A program made the translations under genes and the position numbers. The notes beneath the pieces are model-generated. The model saw only the letters and a list, made by a program, of their open reading frames with translations. It was not told the origin of the DNA and ran no database searches. This document shows positions 1 through 12,500 of a stretch of DNA of 64,000 nucleotides, piece by piece. Location: NCBI GenBank assembly GCA_030704615.1, contig CM060734.1, forward strand, positions 40,238,001 to 40,302,000, written 5' to 3'. Positions within the stretch are counted from its first letter, which is position 1. Every line of letters starts with the position of its first letter. Source of the DNA: Takakia lepidozioides (lineage: Eukaryota > Plantae > Bryophyta).

Positions 1-979
1 TTATATCCACACTGCTTGGGATAGTGGCAGTGGACATGACTAGAGGCAGCTAACAAGACATGGGAGGCCAAGCTCATAGGAGTCAATACACGAGATCCCA
101 GGCTCAAGTTCACAGGTTGCAAGACGACGACTAACGATGGGGCAACTCTTGCACCCGGCCTCTTGATCTATCGAGTTTGAGTGTAGTAGGGACAGTGGTG
201 GAGGACTTAGTGAGGCTATGGTAACTATCACATCTTGTGGCTACCTGAACTTAGAGGGACCTAAGCACCAGCTAGGGGGGCGATTGTGTGGACTAGTGAC
301 TGCCATAGTGGGCAGCATAGTGGCAGCCTAGTGACTGACTAGTTGTAGCCTAGTGGTTGGACTAGTGGCTGGACTAGTGGTGGACTAGTGATATACTAGT
401 GTGTGGTGTGCACATGTGTTGTGTGGTTTTGGACAGCGATGTAGTTGTGTAGCGATATGTATGCGCACGACAGCTGTCAAGTTATTTTATCACCAGTGTG
501 AAACTAGCTAGAAAATAGCTAGCTTTTACATATTGACATTTGGGATTGGCCTAAGTGTCAATCCAGGGGTCAAGGCAGATTTAGGCCCTGGAGTGGTTAT
601 CTTCACGGCAAGCGTGGGAGGCTCATCTTTCTTGAGTTGAGCCTCACCGCGCCTAGCTATGGCGCCGTAGTGTGGATTCCCCATGGCATGGGGTGCACTT
701 GGCTTGACTTGTATTTGAGTGATGAGGTTATATATGCATGAGTTTATGCTTCAGCTTTGTGAGCTCGCATGAGCTTGTGCTTGTATTCTTCCTCTTTATC
801 ATTGTGTGGACTAGTGACTGCCATAGTGGGCAGCATAGTGGCAGCCTAGTGACTGACTAGTTGTAGCCTAGTGGTTGGACTAGTGGTTGGACTAGTGGTA
901 TACTAGTGTGTGGTGTGCATATGTGTTGTGTGGTTTTGGACGGCGATGTTGTTGTGTAGCGATATGTATGCGCACGACA
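1..979 (+). mobile_element. 3' end of DNMT-carrying Ty3/gypsy-like retroelement (copy 1): PHD tail, PPT, B1-gc-A2-B2 terminal structure
   Basis: 1-472 aligns with ~54635-55096 of the complete copy; 475-801 repeats the complete copy's left end (47414-47740); 803-979 repeats 285-472. Followed by CTTG (980-983), the reverse complement of the CAAG flanking the left end at 22927. Confidence 0.9.
285..801 (+). repeat. Full LTR unit (B 285-472 + GC + A 475-801), TG...CA
   Basis: Starts TGTGTGG immediately after the purine tract AGGGGGGCGA; ends TTTATCA, the point followed by the putative PBS in the complete copy; internal palindrome GACAGCTGTC at 469-478. Confidence 0.75.
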
Positions 980-3790
980 CTTGATTGTTCTACATTAGGT
1001 TTGACAAGACCAATTGTCTCATCATATTCATACTCCGTTTCTTCATGTTCCTTTGAACATTCAGAGGTAGTATCTATGGGTATCTTGGGGGATTGAGTAG
1101 CGGTAGGAGTTATATCTCCCCCTTCAGCACGAACCAATGATTTTTCATCAAAGATGATATCACGGCTTAAAAACATCTTTTTGGTTTCTTTATCATAGAC
1201 TTTATAAGCTGTTTACCCTTCTTGTTCTCTATATCCAATTAGTATGCATGGAAAACTTTTGTAATCCCACTTCTTTCTCAATTCATCCGGGACATGAATA
1301 TGAGCTGGACACCCAAAAACCCTAAGATTGCTTAAATCGGGTTTCTACCATGCCACACCTCAAATGGGGTAGCATTTGATACTGAGGATGTGAGAGACCG
1401 ATTTTGGAGATAACAGGCAGTAGCCACTGCCTCTGCCCAAAAAGTCTTTGGCAGTTTTGCTAACTTGAGCATACACCGTACACTTTTAACTAGGGTTCTT
1501 TTTTCTTTCTGAAACCCCATTTTGTTGTGGAGTATAGGCAGTAATGAATTGATGCACAATCCCATTGTGTTCACAGAATTGATTAAACTCATTCGATGCA
1601 TATTCACCACCGCCGTCTGATCGAAAAACTTTGATGTTCTTTCCTGTTTGTTTTTCAGCATATGTTTTATAGATCTTGAACTTATCAAACACTTCATTCT
1701 TATGTTTTAGAAAGTAAATTACTGTGAAGCGTGATTTGTCATCTATAAATGTAGCAAAATACCTTGCTTGAGTTTGTATGGGACCGCATATGTATGAATG
1801 AATAATTTCGAGCATATCAATTGCACGAGTTCCTCCACCTTGTGGAAATGCTTGGCGATGCTGCTTCCCTGCCATACAACTCTGGCATATAGACAATTCT
1901 CTTAGTTGTCCACTTAAACCGATAACCATTTCTTTACTTTGCATGTCTTTTATGGTTTTCAAATTTAAGTGACCCAATCTTTGATGCCATAGTCGAGCCT
2001 GATCTTCTTCTTTTGTTAGTACGGATAGACCACACTCTGATGCAGGAACACCAACACCAACTGGGTATAGTGCACGCTGCAATGAACAAGTGATGGCAGT
2101 CGGATTTCCTGCCCTTCTTATGGTACACTTATCTAGTGTAAACTCGAAACTTGTTCCAGCTTGAGTCGATTTACCAACGGACAACAAATTCTTTTTCAGC
2201 CCTGGTACATAAAACACGTCTTGTACTTCGGTTCTCAATCCTGATGTATTACTGACTGTTACCATGCCCTGTCCTACAGCTTGTTGAGTGCTATCATCTC
2301 CCAGACATATTGGTATGGGAGAATCAAAAAGTTTATAGGAACTGAACCACTCTCTGTAAGGAGACATATGCTCGGACGCACCAGAGTCCAGATACCATGT
2401 ATCTTTAGAAATGGTGCCAACAGACAAATAAGCAGTAAACAATTGAATACCAATTGAATCACTAGAATTTGCCGTATTTGCTTGGGACTTAAATATCCCG
2501 TTGGCTCTATCTGCTGCTTTAATTCTGCATTCAACAACGATGTGCCTCTTCTTACGACAATAGAAACAAGTTCATTTCTTTCTTTTGGAGTCATTTCGAA
2601 CATCAAAGGAGTTTCCACTTCCGTCTTGATTTCTCTTGTTGGATTTTTGACCGAATCCATTTTGACTCTGAAAGTTGCATTTGTTCCACCTTTTGTCTTT
2701 ATTGCCTGGATGGCTTGTGTAAAATGTTGAAGATGACGCGTTCCTTTTTCTCGAGGAACTATTATTCATGGCTTCTTCCTGTTGTAGTCTTCCACATAAC
2801 GTTGGATAAGATAGTTCAGGGTTGTTGCCCACGGTTGTTACAAACGACCGCCATGAAAGAGGCAAACTGGATAGGAGTTGTATTACAGCCTCATCATCTA
2901 AGATCTCCAAACCGGCTGCAACCATGTGGTTTAACATGCCTTGGAATGATTCCAAGAATGCTGTAACAGGTTCTCCTTCCTTCATTTCCATTCCCATGAA
3001 TTTCTTCTTAAGCATTAATTGCGTGGTTCTATCAGTATGTTCATAGAGCCTCGTGAAGTATTCCCAAACTTCACTGGCCGTATCAAGATTTCTGACCATC
3101 GCTAACTGACTATCTCTGCAGTTCAGAAGGATGTCACACTTGGCTCTAGTGTTCTGAAGTTGCTAGGCCTTCTGTTCGTCAGGATCATCTGACCCTGGGT
3201 CTTGATCAACACCTTTTACTACATTTAGTAAATCATTTCTTAGCAACAGAATTTCAATTTTCATTTTCCAAATTGTGAAATTTGTGCCATTTAGTTTTTC
3301 AATCATTATGGAACGATGCTAAGAAGGTACCGATGCCATGGTAGACTCTGATTGTTAGATCAGATTAGTACCACGGACCAGCAGTGCTTATGGTTGATGG
3401 TGTGCACTGATCGTTGGATCAAGCTAGTACCACAACCAAGTAGAACTGCTTACCCTTCTATTTTGATATCTTTTAATCCTCAATCATATTGATGAAGGAC
3501 TCGGAAAGATAAGAGAATGAACACATTCCACATGAGAATATTGTATCTATGTTTTCTTTGAATCTACTAGAGAATGAGCCCATCATCTTTCTTATTAGAA
3601 AGAGAATGCTCATCTCTATCTTTTCTTCTAATCTAGCTCCGATACCATGTAACAAATTACACAATATCTACTCTCATACATCATTGCATGTAATTAGAGA
3701 GAGTAATTAGAGAGAGTGAAGAAAAACATGGATCTAGATATTCTTCTGTAATTACACTTCTTCTATGTACGAAGACAAAGAATAGCTACA
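980..3790 (-). mobile_element. Ty1/copia retrotransposon, 5' half (LTR, PBS, gag, protease, integrase), degenerate
   Basis: Gag-like ORF 2572-3099; WYLDSGASEHM protease, LWHQRLGH/CQSC and RSDGGGEY...TPQQNGVSER integrase motifs (1486-2442); FWAEAV; SRDIIFDE. PBS TGGTATCGGAGC at 3636-3647; putative short LTR 3648-3790. Stops and frameshifts present. Confidence 0.93.
3636..3647 (-). promoter_or_regulatory. Copia primer-binding site (initiator tRNA-Met type)
   Basis: TGGTATCGGAGC directly after a CA LTR end; one mismatch to the canonical TGGTATCAGAGC. Confidence 0.85.
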
Positions 3791-5140
3791 AGTGTTCAAA
3801 GTGGGGAGGATGAAGGGGTTCTGTAACTGATAGATTCCAGGAGAGAGACACATGCATAGGACAGGGAATTCCTCTGGATTTACAGGTCAAAATGTGCACC
3901 ATAAGCAGATGTGGTTAGCATGCCCAAATTTGTCCTTACCGTCTGTGTAGGCAATTCGAAAGTTGGAAGGGAAAAAGCCTTCTCTTGGAGACAGCAGGTG
4001 CCTCTAGTGGAGCAGATTTTATTTTCTGTTGGCAGGATCTAATATTTGATTTCACTTGACGAAGGTATGGCTACGGGAGAGAGTGTTGAAAGTAGCAATC
4101 CTCAATTGTGGGAGCGGGGAGGCTTTCACTCGCATGAGGCGCTTGATAAATGTAACCCAAGGGGTTACGGAAGCTCAGGCAGTCCAATTTTGGTATGGGA
4201 TATTGGACAAGGAGTTGAGGAGAAGGGTGCGGGATGCAACTCTCCTACAAGCGGCCCAACCCACCTTAACAAATGTGTTTTTGCTGGCAGAGCAGATAGA
4301 GCTCAACATGGTGGAGGAATGAGTGGTCATGGTGGGATTTGCTAAGGAGACACCACGGGGTAGTGGTGCTCCTAGCCAACCACTACCTCAATGTGCTCAA
4401 GGCAACAAGGGGGCTCAGATGAAGCTCAGGGAAGGGCAGAGAGGACCTCAGATGCATGGGTCTCTCCCTTCATTTGCAGGCCAACAACGGGCGGATGTGG
4501 TGTGTTGGACATGTGGAGGACCCCACGTCAAGAAGCAACGACGCAATGGCGTGAGCGTTGCACGTGAGCGCGCGAGCGTACGCTCACGCCAGCTGACGTG
4601 GCGTGAGCCTGCACACATGCTGACGTGGCGTGAGCGTCATGTCAGCATGCTGATGTGGCGGTAAATGATGACGTGGCACTGTCCGTCAACTGCCACGTCA
4701 GCATTAACATGCGCCGCCTATAACCGTGGATGGTCCTATGACCGTGGAATTAATGCAGGGAATCTTGCCTAAATAGAATCAAGACGAGCGTTGAGGCCTA
4801 CAATTGCAGCATCCAACATTGTGCAATTTCACTTTTACAATTACGAAGACGACAAAATATCCTCACAAAGTGTGCGCCATAAAGGCTGCCACGAGAAGAC
4901 TTCCTCCCTCCTCAAATAACAATGAGAGTTATGATCATCTTCAAAAGATGATTGTAGTGCATAGCGACAGCAAGACATGTAGACTTCGAACGGTGCAATG
5001 ACAAATGTGCACTACCTAAAAGTTGTCACTCAGACCTCACTCCGTATAGTTGGAGGCCATATCATTGCACAGCCGACGAATTGATGTGAATTACACATTT
5101 CAAATCATGGTCATCCACATACCACATTACATAGTTCATG

Positions 5141-8100
5141 CTACCCATGTGTTGTATCCCGCTGCAAAAGAGTATCGACCTCGTTGAAACTCATAGTGGC
5201 CTGGTGAATGAAGTTGTCACGTTTGGGATCGCAAACCATCCTCCTCAAAAATATGAAATACAAATGTTTGCAGGGTATGAATTTACCTCTCTTGCCCAAA
5301 CTGGTTGATAGCATATTCACAAAATCAGGACATGTGCAATTGGGGAAATTGGAAACCGTGATGTCGTAGGTCCTGTCATGAACAGCAGATGTGGAAGTGA
5401 TGATTGTGAATACCCGACCATATCCTGGATCGGGTACTTCCGTGGTGCTTCCGACACGAGCTTGGAGCATTCTTGCGGACTCCACTTTGCCAAAGTGTTC
5501 AGCGGTTGGAGGGAAACGCCGAACGAGCTTTCCATCTCGTTTGGTTGGCCACAAGTCAGGATTTGCCGGGGGGACCCGGGAGGACGCAGGAGTAGTAGCA
5601 CATGCATGGAGTTGGGGTTGTCTCGCAAGGGAAAAACCTGCCTCCTCCAGCATTTCAATCTCCTGAAAGCTGAGATGTGTTCCCACCTTCACGGGCCAAA
5701 CGGTTGGAGGAGATGGCTTCATCACTACGGAAGGACGCACAGTTCCATGCACACATCTGGCACAATCATCTGCGCAGAACCAGAACTTGTGGTTCTTGGC
5801 TTCTGGTTGACCGTATGGACGCATCAAGCCCGTGAAAGTCGGAGCAGGAGTTCGGGCACCACCTCTGGATATAGATGAAGTGCACTTCTCGAAATTAGTT
5901 GCCCTGATCGCTGTACATTTCACACGAGACCCGACACTTGTGCGTTCTATGTGCCAAACGTGGTCGGGGCATGCGGACTCAAGCACATCAAGGGGGTTGT
6001 TTCTCTCCTGCACCATTTCAGTGGCACGGTTTGATGCTGGAGCTTGCCGTCGTGTTGGAGGTTCCTCCACAATGGAGGTTCCGGACACGGAGCTGTCATG
6101 CAGGGGAACACGAGGCTTCGAGAAGTTATCACGGTCTGCCCTGTGGGAATCTGAATCCGAACCAGGTGGAGTGTTCAATTTCCTCTTCGAATCTCTCCTC
6201 CCCTTCAAGATGTGGAACTCTAGAAACAAGTGGCGTTCCCTGGGCATACATGCTCACCGCCCGTGCTATCTTGATTGGATCCCCAGATCTGTTTGCAGCA
6301 CGCAACATCAACTCCGATTTGTCCGGACCCTTGCCACCAACCCCACCTCGTAAGAAATCACGGTATCGGGTTTGTTGTTGCAAGGCACGTATCAAATCAT
6401 CTGTTGTTGCCACATACAAATCCCGACCTCGTTTCCCAGACTGCTGCAACCATGCATTGTGCACAGTTTCTGCCAAATTGCAAGATGGCATGTCTGCCAT
6501 TTCCTCAATGGACATGTTCTGCAAAGAGGATAACCACACTTCAGAATAGTGCACAGGAAACAACATAAAGAAAGCAATGAGTCAAAAATATGGAAAGCAA
6601 ATGTATGAATAAAGCATGAAATAGAAGCCTCGTACCATTGTCATGGCTGCTCCCCACTGTCTATACCGGAAGTGCCAAAACGCCAGCCAATCTTCCAATG
6701 CTCTCATACTCTCAAGTGATGCAGCTCCAGAAGAGAACCACCAGGCACGAATTGTCTGGAACAAAGTGTCCGCCTCCTTCATTGTTCTAGCATCTTTGTA
6801 CTCTTTGCACAATTTACGGTGCTGAGTCTGCATCTCTGGTTTGATGTCCGACTTTGTATGTTTTTCCAGAGATTGTGTCCAATGGAATAGACATGTACGC
6901 TCTCTTCCTGGCATAGGCACTTTTGGGTCGCCCGATCCGAAGACAATACGAATAGCATTGAAATTTGCTTGAGCACTATCCGCCATGAAACCTGCGAAAT
7001 TTGGAGATGGCAGCCCATGGCAGCCCATGACACGTATCAGGGAATTCCACATGAGCTTCTGGGATTCCGTATCCTCGGATTGCATGTCACAAACTGCAAT
7101 TGTCATAACTCGTTGGTACACTGGATCGTAGACATGACAAGCCATTGTCGTCCAATCCTTCACTCGTTTCACATGATCAAACATAAGAAAACAGTTCTGC
7201 AAGTCCCCAGTCTTCTGCATCCGCTTCACGAGGCTAACCCCACTGCCCTCCCCAACAGTCGACATTTTGAAAAGAAAAACTTTGATGGCACCTTGACCTG
7301 GGAATACATTGTCCTGGATGTAATCGTACTTGCTCAGTCGTTTCAATTCCAAAATATTGTCTATGTAGCCTCTGATCCCAGAGCCCATTCTCAATGCATT
7401 GATCTGATGCCGAATGTTAGGTGAACTTAAAGTGGAGAAATGATCCATGACCAGGTCCAATGCTGCACCGTCAAGTTTAGTCCCCACAGAATCTCCTTCA
7501 CTCAAAATATGGCTTTCCAAGAAGGACTTGCTTGCGCCAAGAGCAATTGCAGATGTTGTTGCGGATGGGTTTCTCCCGAACTCCTGTTTGATCAACCTCG
7601 ATACTGTCTCAACACTCTCCCTGTAATCCCCCTTCGAGACAGGATGGTTATGGAATCCAAAATGCACACAAGCTCTCGTCATTGTATTCAAACGGTGGAC
7701 AACATAGTACATTCTTGCTCCGCAGAGCGCCAAGCAGGATGGCACAAGTTTGCAGAATTTGCAGACGAAAGTGTTTGCCGGTGGAGGGGCAGTCCCAGGC
7801 TGAAATGGATTCTCCGCCAGACCCTCCCATTCGCTTTGATTATGAACTCCAGACTGAAGAAAGTGTCTGCAATTCAAATTATCACACCTAAGGTGTCCAT
7901 TGCAAACTGTCCTCCTGAAAACAAGCTTGTCATCATTCTGAATATTGGATGTTTTTGTTCTGCACCACGGGTGCCCGTCGTGTTTCTTGTCCATTCCATG
8001 CATCATGATTGTTACACCTCCAACTCGCGGAGGAGGAGGCAGCTCGAATAGGATATCGCCATCAAAAGTCTCCGGCAAGAACTTCACAGGCACCTGCTTC

Positions 8101-8648
8101 AAAGATTCCCAATCAATTCCCCGCAACTCACTTTTGAATCCAGCCATTCCTCCCATCGCCCGCAATTTTGGAATGACACTACAAATCTCTTCTTCATCAG
8201 CTTCTGCAACCACAGTAGGAAGGACTGGATTTGGAATTTCACTTATGTCATCATCGGAAGAATCCGAAAGCTCAACGATTGGAGTGGAGGAAGTCTGTTC
8301 TTTTTTCACCACCACCTCCCTCTTGTCTTCAACGACCGAAGCAGCAGTCCCGGGCGTCACATATGACCCAAGGGACTTTCGCCGAGGCTCTCCAAGTACT
8401 CTGTATCGACCAGGACGCACTCTCCACTGGCTGATATGAGCCGTCTCATCACGGTTTTGGAAAGAATATTTCACCAACTTCCCTTTCAGATCGTAAACCT
8501 CTTTCTCCAAAAAGATGGAGCCATTCTGCAGCTGAAAACGGGTAGCCAAGACATGTTCCAGAACAATTGCAAATCCATTGTCAAGGACTTCCTGGGAGAA
8601 CGGCACTGGTTTGTCGTCTGAGAAGAACTCCGCTTCAGAGGAAGCCAT
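5141..8648 (-). CDS. MULE transposase: GCM/WRKY-like Cys/His domain, DDE core, C-terminal SWIM finger; apparent frameshift near 6190
   Basis: LMFDHVKR / FMADSAQA / CLFHW / NLAETVHN catalytic pattern; SWIM CTCPDF...PCKH; phase-0 GT-AG intron 6519-6635; frame change between ORFs 6129-6566 and 5141-6247. Confidence 0.88.
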
Positions 8649-9503
8649 CTTCCTTCCTCGAGTATGTTTGTACCTTGCTATCGCAGATCTAGTGTAAATC
8701 GGTTTACTGCTGTCTCCAGAACACAGTTGAAGAATGAGCAGAGCATATGGCGGAGGAAGCTCAGATAACGACTGTGCATATTCTGTTATTCATTCCAGAT
8801 ATGCAGCCGTCCATTTTAATTACTTTTCTTGTGGGCCCAGTGGTCAGAGAATCCATAGGGGCAGTGTCGGCAACTGTTAAACCGTTAATCAGAACCTCAT
8901 CAATAAACCCAATAACAAAGCCGACTTCCTGGAAGCATGCCACAGGATCCGAGAATGGGATTGCAGATTAAGTAAATGTATCTATATACTACTACCAATG
9001 ATCATGCGCACCTGGAAAGTTCCAAATGTGCAACGAATGTGGGGTTTGGATAACAAGGATGACCGTGTATGATATTCCAAAATTTGTCATCAAACTCTCG
9101 TTCATTTATATTTATTTGTTTAAGACTGCGCATCAATTTCTGGGATTCGCTGTTCTTTTTAAATATTGAACCAGTTATAATTTAGAACACGCCGTTTTGT
9201 TTTGGGCGGCACACGTCAGACATCCATAACTGAATACGAACAGCTGTACACCAATTGCTGGCATGTGCACTAATAACGAAACGACTATGTGTAACGGTCA
9301 CGCGGGAGGGAATCCGATGCTTCTAGAGACACGCAAGAACACAGGCAATCCCGCAAGAAATCGGGAGTCACTGCGTTTTTCTACTTTTCGCGCTTAGAGG
9401 GAGAGTGGTAGTCAAGCTGGAGAGGGTTCCTTCTAGAATACGAAAGAGAAGAAAGTCTCTTTATTTTACTTCCCTTAGAGAGAGACGCAGAGCAAGAGAG
9501 AAA

Positions 9504-12500
9504 ATGACGAGGCGTCGTTTGTTGGAGAACACAGGGCCAAGGCAGCAGGTGAACGCGGAGACTGATTCACAAGAGCAGACGGAGACTGAGGCAGCGGCTG
9601 CGACACAGCCGGCGATAAGAGTGCGCCAGCCTGTGGAGGCAGAGATGAATCGCAGGGACACTGAAGAAGGTGGAAGCACGCGGAACGCCGAACCTGAAGA
9701 AGGTCAAGAAACCCTTGCGCAGACAGAAACTCCAGCAGATGTGAGAGGGAAGAGGAAAGCTGCAGAAGGGGATCAAAGTTCAAAACCTAAGAAGGTGCCA
9801 GTAAGTTTTATCATATAGTCTATGTGATTGCCTTTCAAGGAGTCCTTCCTCTTCCATTCTTTAGCAGGAACTACTGAATCGCGAGCGTCGTTAACGCCAT
9901 TCGATTCTGCTCATGAGATTTATGTACCTATGTGTTTGAAGAGAGAGTCTGCACTTACTATTCTCCCTAAACTACACTGAATGTCGTTGCCGCCAATCAG
10001 TTGCACATATATGTCATTACACAACACCGATCCGGCAGGTTGTTATCTTTTGTGATTGTCGTTAACGCCGTTCGCTATCGCTCTCACTTTTGTTTTGAAT
10101 ACGGCAGTCTCGGCTTTGCATGTGTAGATTGTGCTGAATTCTTTCACACCATTCATGGTGAGTTTCCTTGATACAGAGTGATTGTCGTTACCGCCATTCA
10201 CTATTTGCAAATCACTTAGTCAGAACTGAATGGCATCGTGCAGAAAACTGTGAGGTCGAAGCCTACAGGATCAGAGGGGAAAGGATCTGGAGATGGGGAC
10301 GAGTCCGCAAAAAGCTCAGAGAATACAGATGAAGCAGATGAATCCGAAGTGCACTACCTTGACAAGGTGAAAGAACTCATGTCATTCCAGAAGGTAAACT
10401 CTCAGGAGGTTATAAGGGACATGCTCGTATCTGGAGGGCGTCTGGACATACCTCTGTGCCGGATGATATCAATGCCTGTTGTGCGTCCACCTCTTTCCCA
10501 TGACATAACAAAATTGGAGAGTGATTTTGTGCATGGATATAGACTTGGTGCACAAGTTTTTTATGTGTCACTGACGGATATAAATGGGAAAAGCACATTA
10601 GTTTCTCCAGAGATCAGTGATAACTGGGATGAGTGCTGGAAAGATGCCAATGAGGAGTTCGAGCTGGGCCTCATGATGGGAAAGAACACCCAGCAATTTT
10701 GCAACCACATGTTCTACGTCTGGGACGGCAACCACCGATTGCTGGCATGGATGGGATACATTCAGAAACACCATTCGAAAGACAAAGACAAGCATGTTGC
10801 TGTGGAGGCAATGGTTTTGGATCCAGGAAACGACATCGCTAGGCTTCTTACAGCTATGCACGACGTGAACAAGTAAGTCATCCAGGAGATTTGATTCCCT
10901 CTGTAGTGTCTTGTTGATCCTCAAAAAACAGTGTTAAGGAATGCAATGTTTTCAATGTTTTTGCAGATCGACAGAGAAATCGCATGTGACAACAAGCTTG
11001 GTTCACACACTATTCCGAATTCAGAGGATTGGTCTGATGAAGCTGGATGATTTTCGGACAGTACTACCACCCAATATCATCAAGAAGTGCGAAACAGGAA
11101 GAGCTGCAGGCACTTGGTATTCTTTGACACGAGAGGCGTTTCTGGAGTACATGTATGCGGTAAGCCCGAGTCTGTAATCTGTTTACTTTTCGAATACATG
11201 TTTAGAGTCCCTTCGGAGCTAATCACTACTTGAATGAATGCAGCAAGAACTGGCAGAGGCAGCTGAGAAGGGAAAATCCGAATATTACCGCACTACACCA
11301 GAGGAACTAAGGACATCAAAGGGTGTGGAAGCTGCAATAAAGAAGGAGTTTGAGATGCGAAGAACCAAATTGATGTCAGCCTTCGGAAAGCAGCTTAGAA
11401 TAGTAGATCCTGGACTTGGTCCTGAGTTCCTTCAGCAGATCAAAACACACTATGACAAGCATGTGCATCCGGAGATGCAGCAGGAGAAATTGCACCGGCT
11501 GGCCATATCGATGGTCGACCCACAAACAAAAATAAGGTGGCTGGAGATATGGAACTCAGATCAAACAGTAAAGGACTTGAATCAGTTCCCAAAGAGCACC
11601 ATACAGCCTGGCACAAAGGTGGAAGGAATCAGTGATTTGGTGTTTGATAACTGGCTCCACAAGGCTACATTTTGGAGTCAGGTGTGTATTCGAACATGCT
11701 GTTTCTTCTCTTCAAGTATGTGATGTGTTTCTTTTTTGCAATTCTGACAAATATACTATTTGCAGCTCGAAAAGCGCGCCGTCATTGTGCTGGATCAGAC
11801 TTTGAAGGACCTGAACATTGCGATTGTTTCCCCTCCCCAAATGTCATTGGAGGCATACATAAGGAAGTGGAGAGGTCTCACCTGGAGATACTGTTTTTTC
11901 CGGGAGTTCTCCAAAGATGGTAACATTTTACGGTCCAACGACTTTGACAGTCAGGTTGGAGGAGAGTGGGCCATGATGCGAGTTGTGTACAGGTGAAATG
12001 TCATACTTGAAACTCTACTGTTTTTTTGGGAAAAATTGTGGCTTCATATGGATTGCAATCTTAGATCCAGATTGAATGTCGTTGACGACATTCACTTCTT
12101 TGTCTGAGTCATTCTTAAGCGAGTATATGAATTCACCTGGTTAGGATCTAAGGGTGCAATTATATTGTCCCTGATTAGAATTGATAATGTCCTTGAATGG
12201 CGTTGACGACATTCACATACGGAGTTGTTGTGTGGTCCTCAAGGTTATTTAAATTTTTGTAATGTCCATAGAGGTTACAATGAGGGTTGATCACTTCATT
12301 TTGCTGAATGTCAATGCAGACATTCAGTTGTTCTGCATTGTTTTTTCCTCTTGCGATGAATATGGAGGCTTCATAAGCTCTGTTTTAAGAAATCCAAAGT
12401 GAATGTCGTTGACGACATTCACAGCTGTGTCTGTATTATTAAAAAACGACAAATTCAATTTTCATGGATTGGGGAGCTAAGTAATTGGTTTCTTTTTTGT

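Noticed and set aside
475-979. Independent MITE or mini-element (A+B)
   Set aside because: No TSD of its own (left flank CAGC, right flank CTTG); better explained as part of the B-A-B terminus.
3791-4116. Possible LINE endonuclease (LRIATFN) or NRPD2 exons
   Set aside because: Too short and degenerate to assign without a search.
5317-8621. Many overlapping plus-strand ORFs across the transposase
   Set aside because: Antisense shadows of the transposase coding sequence.
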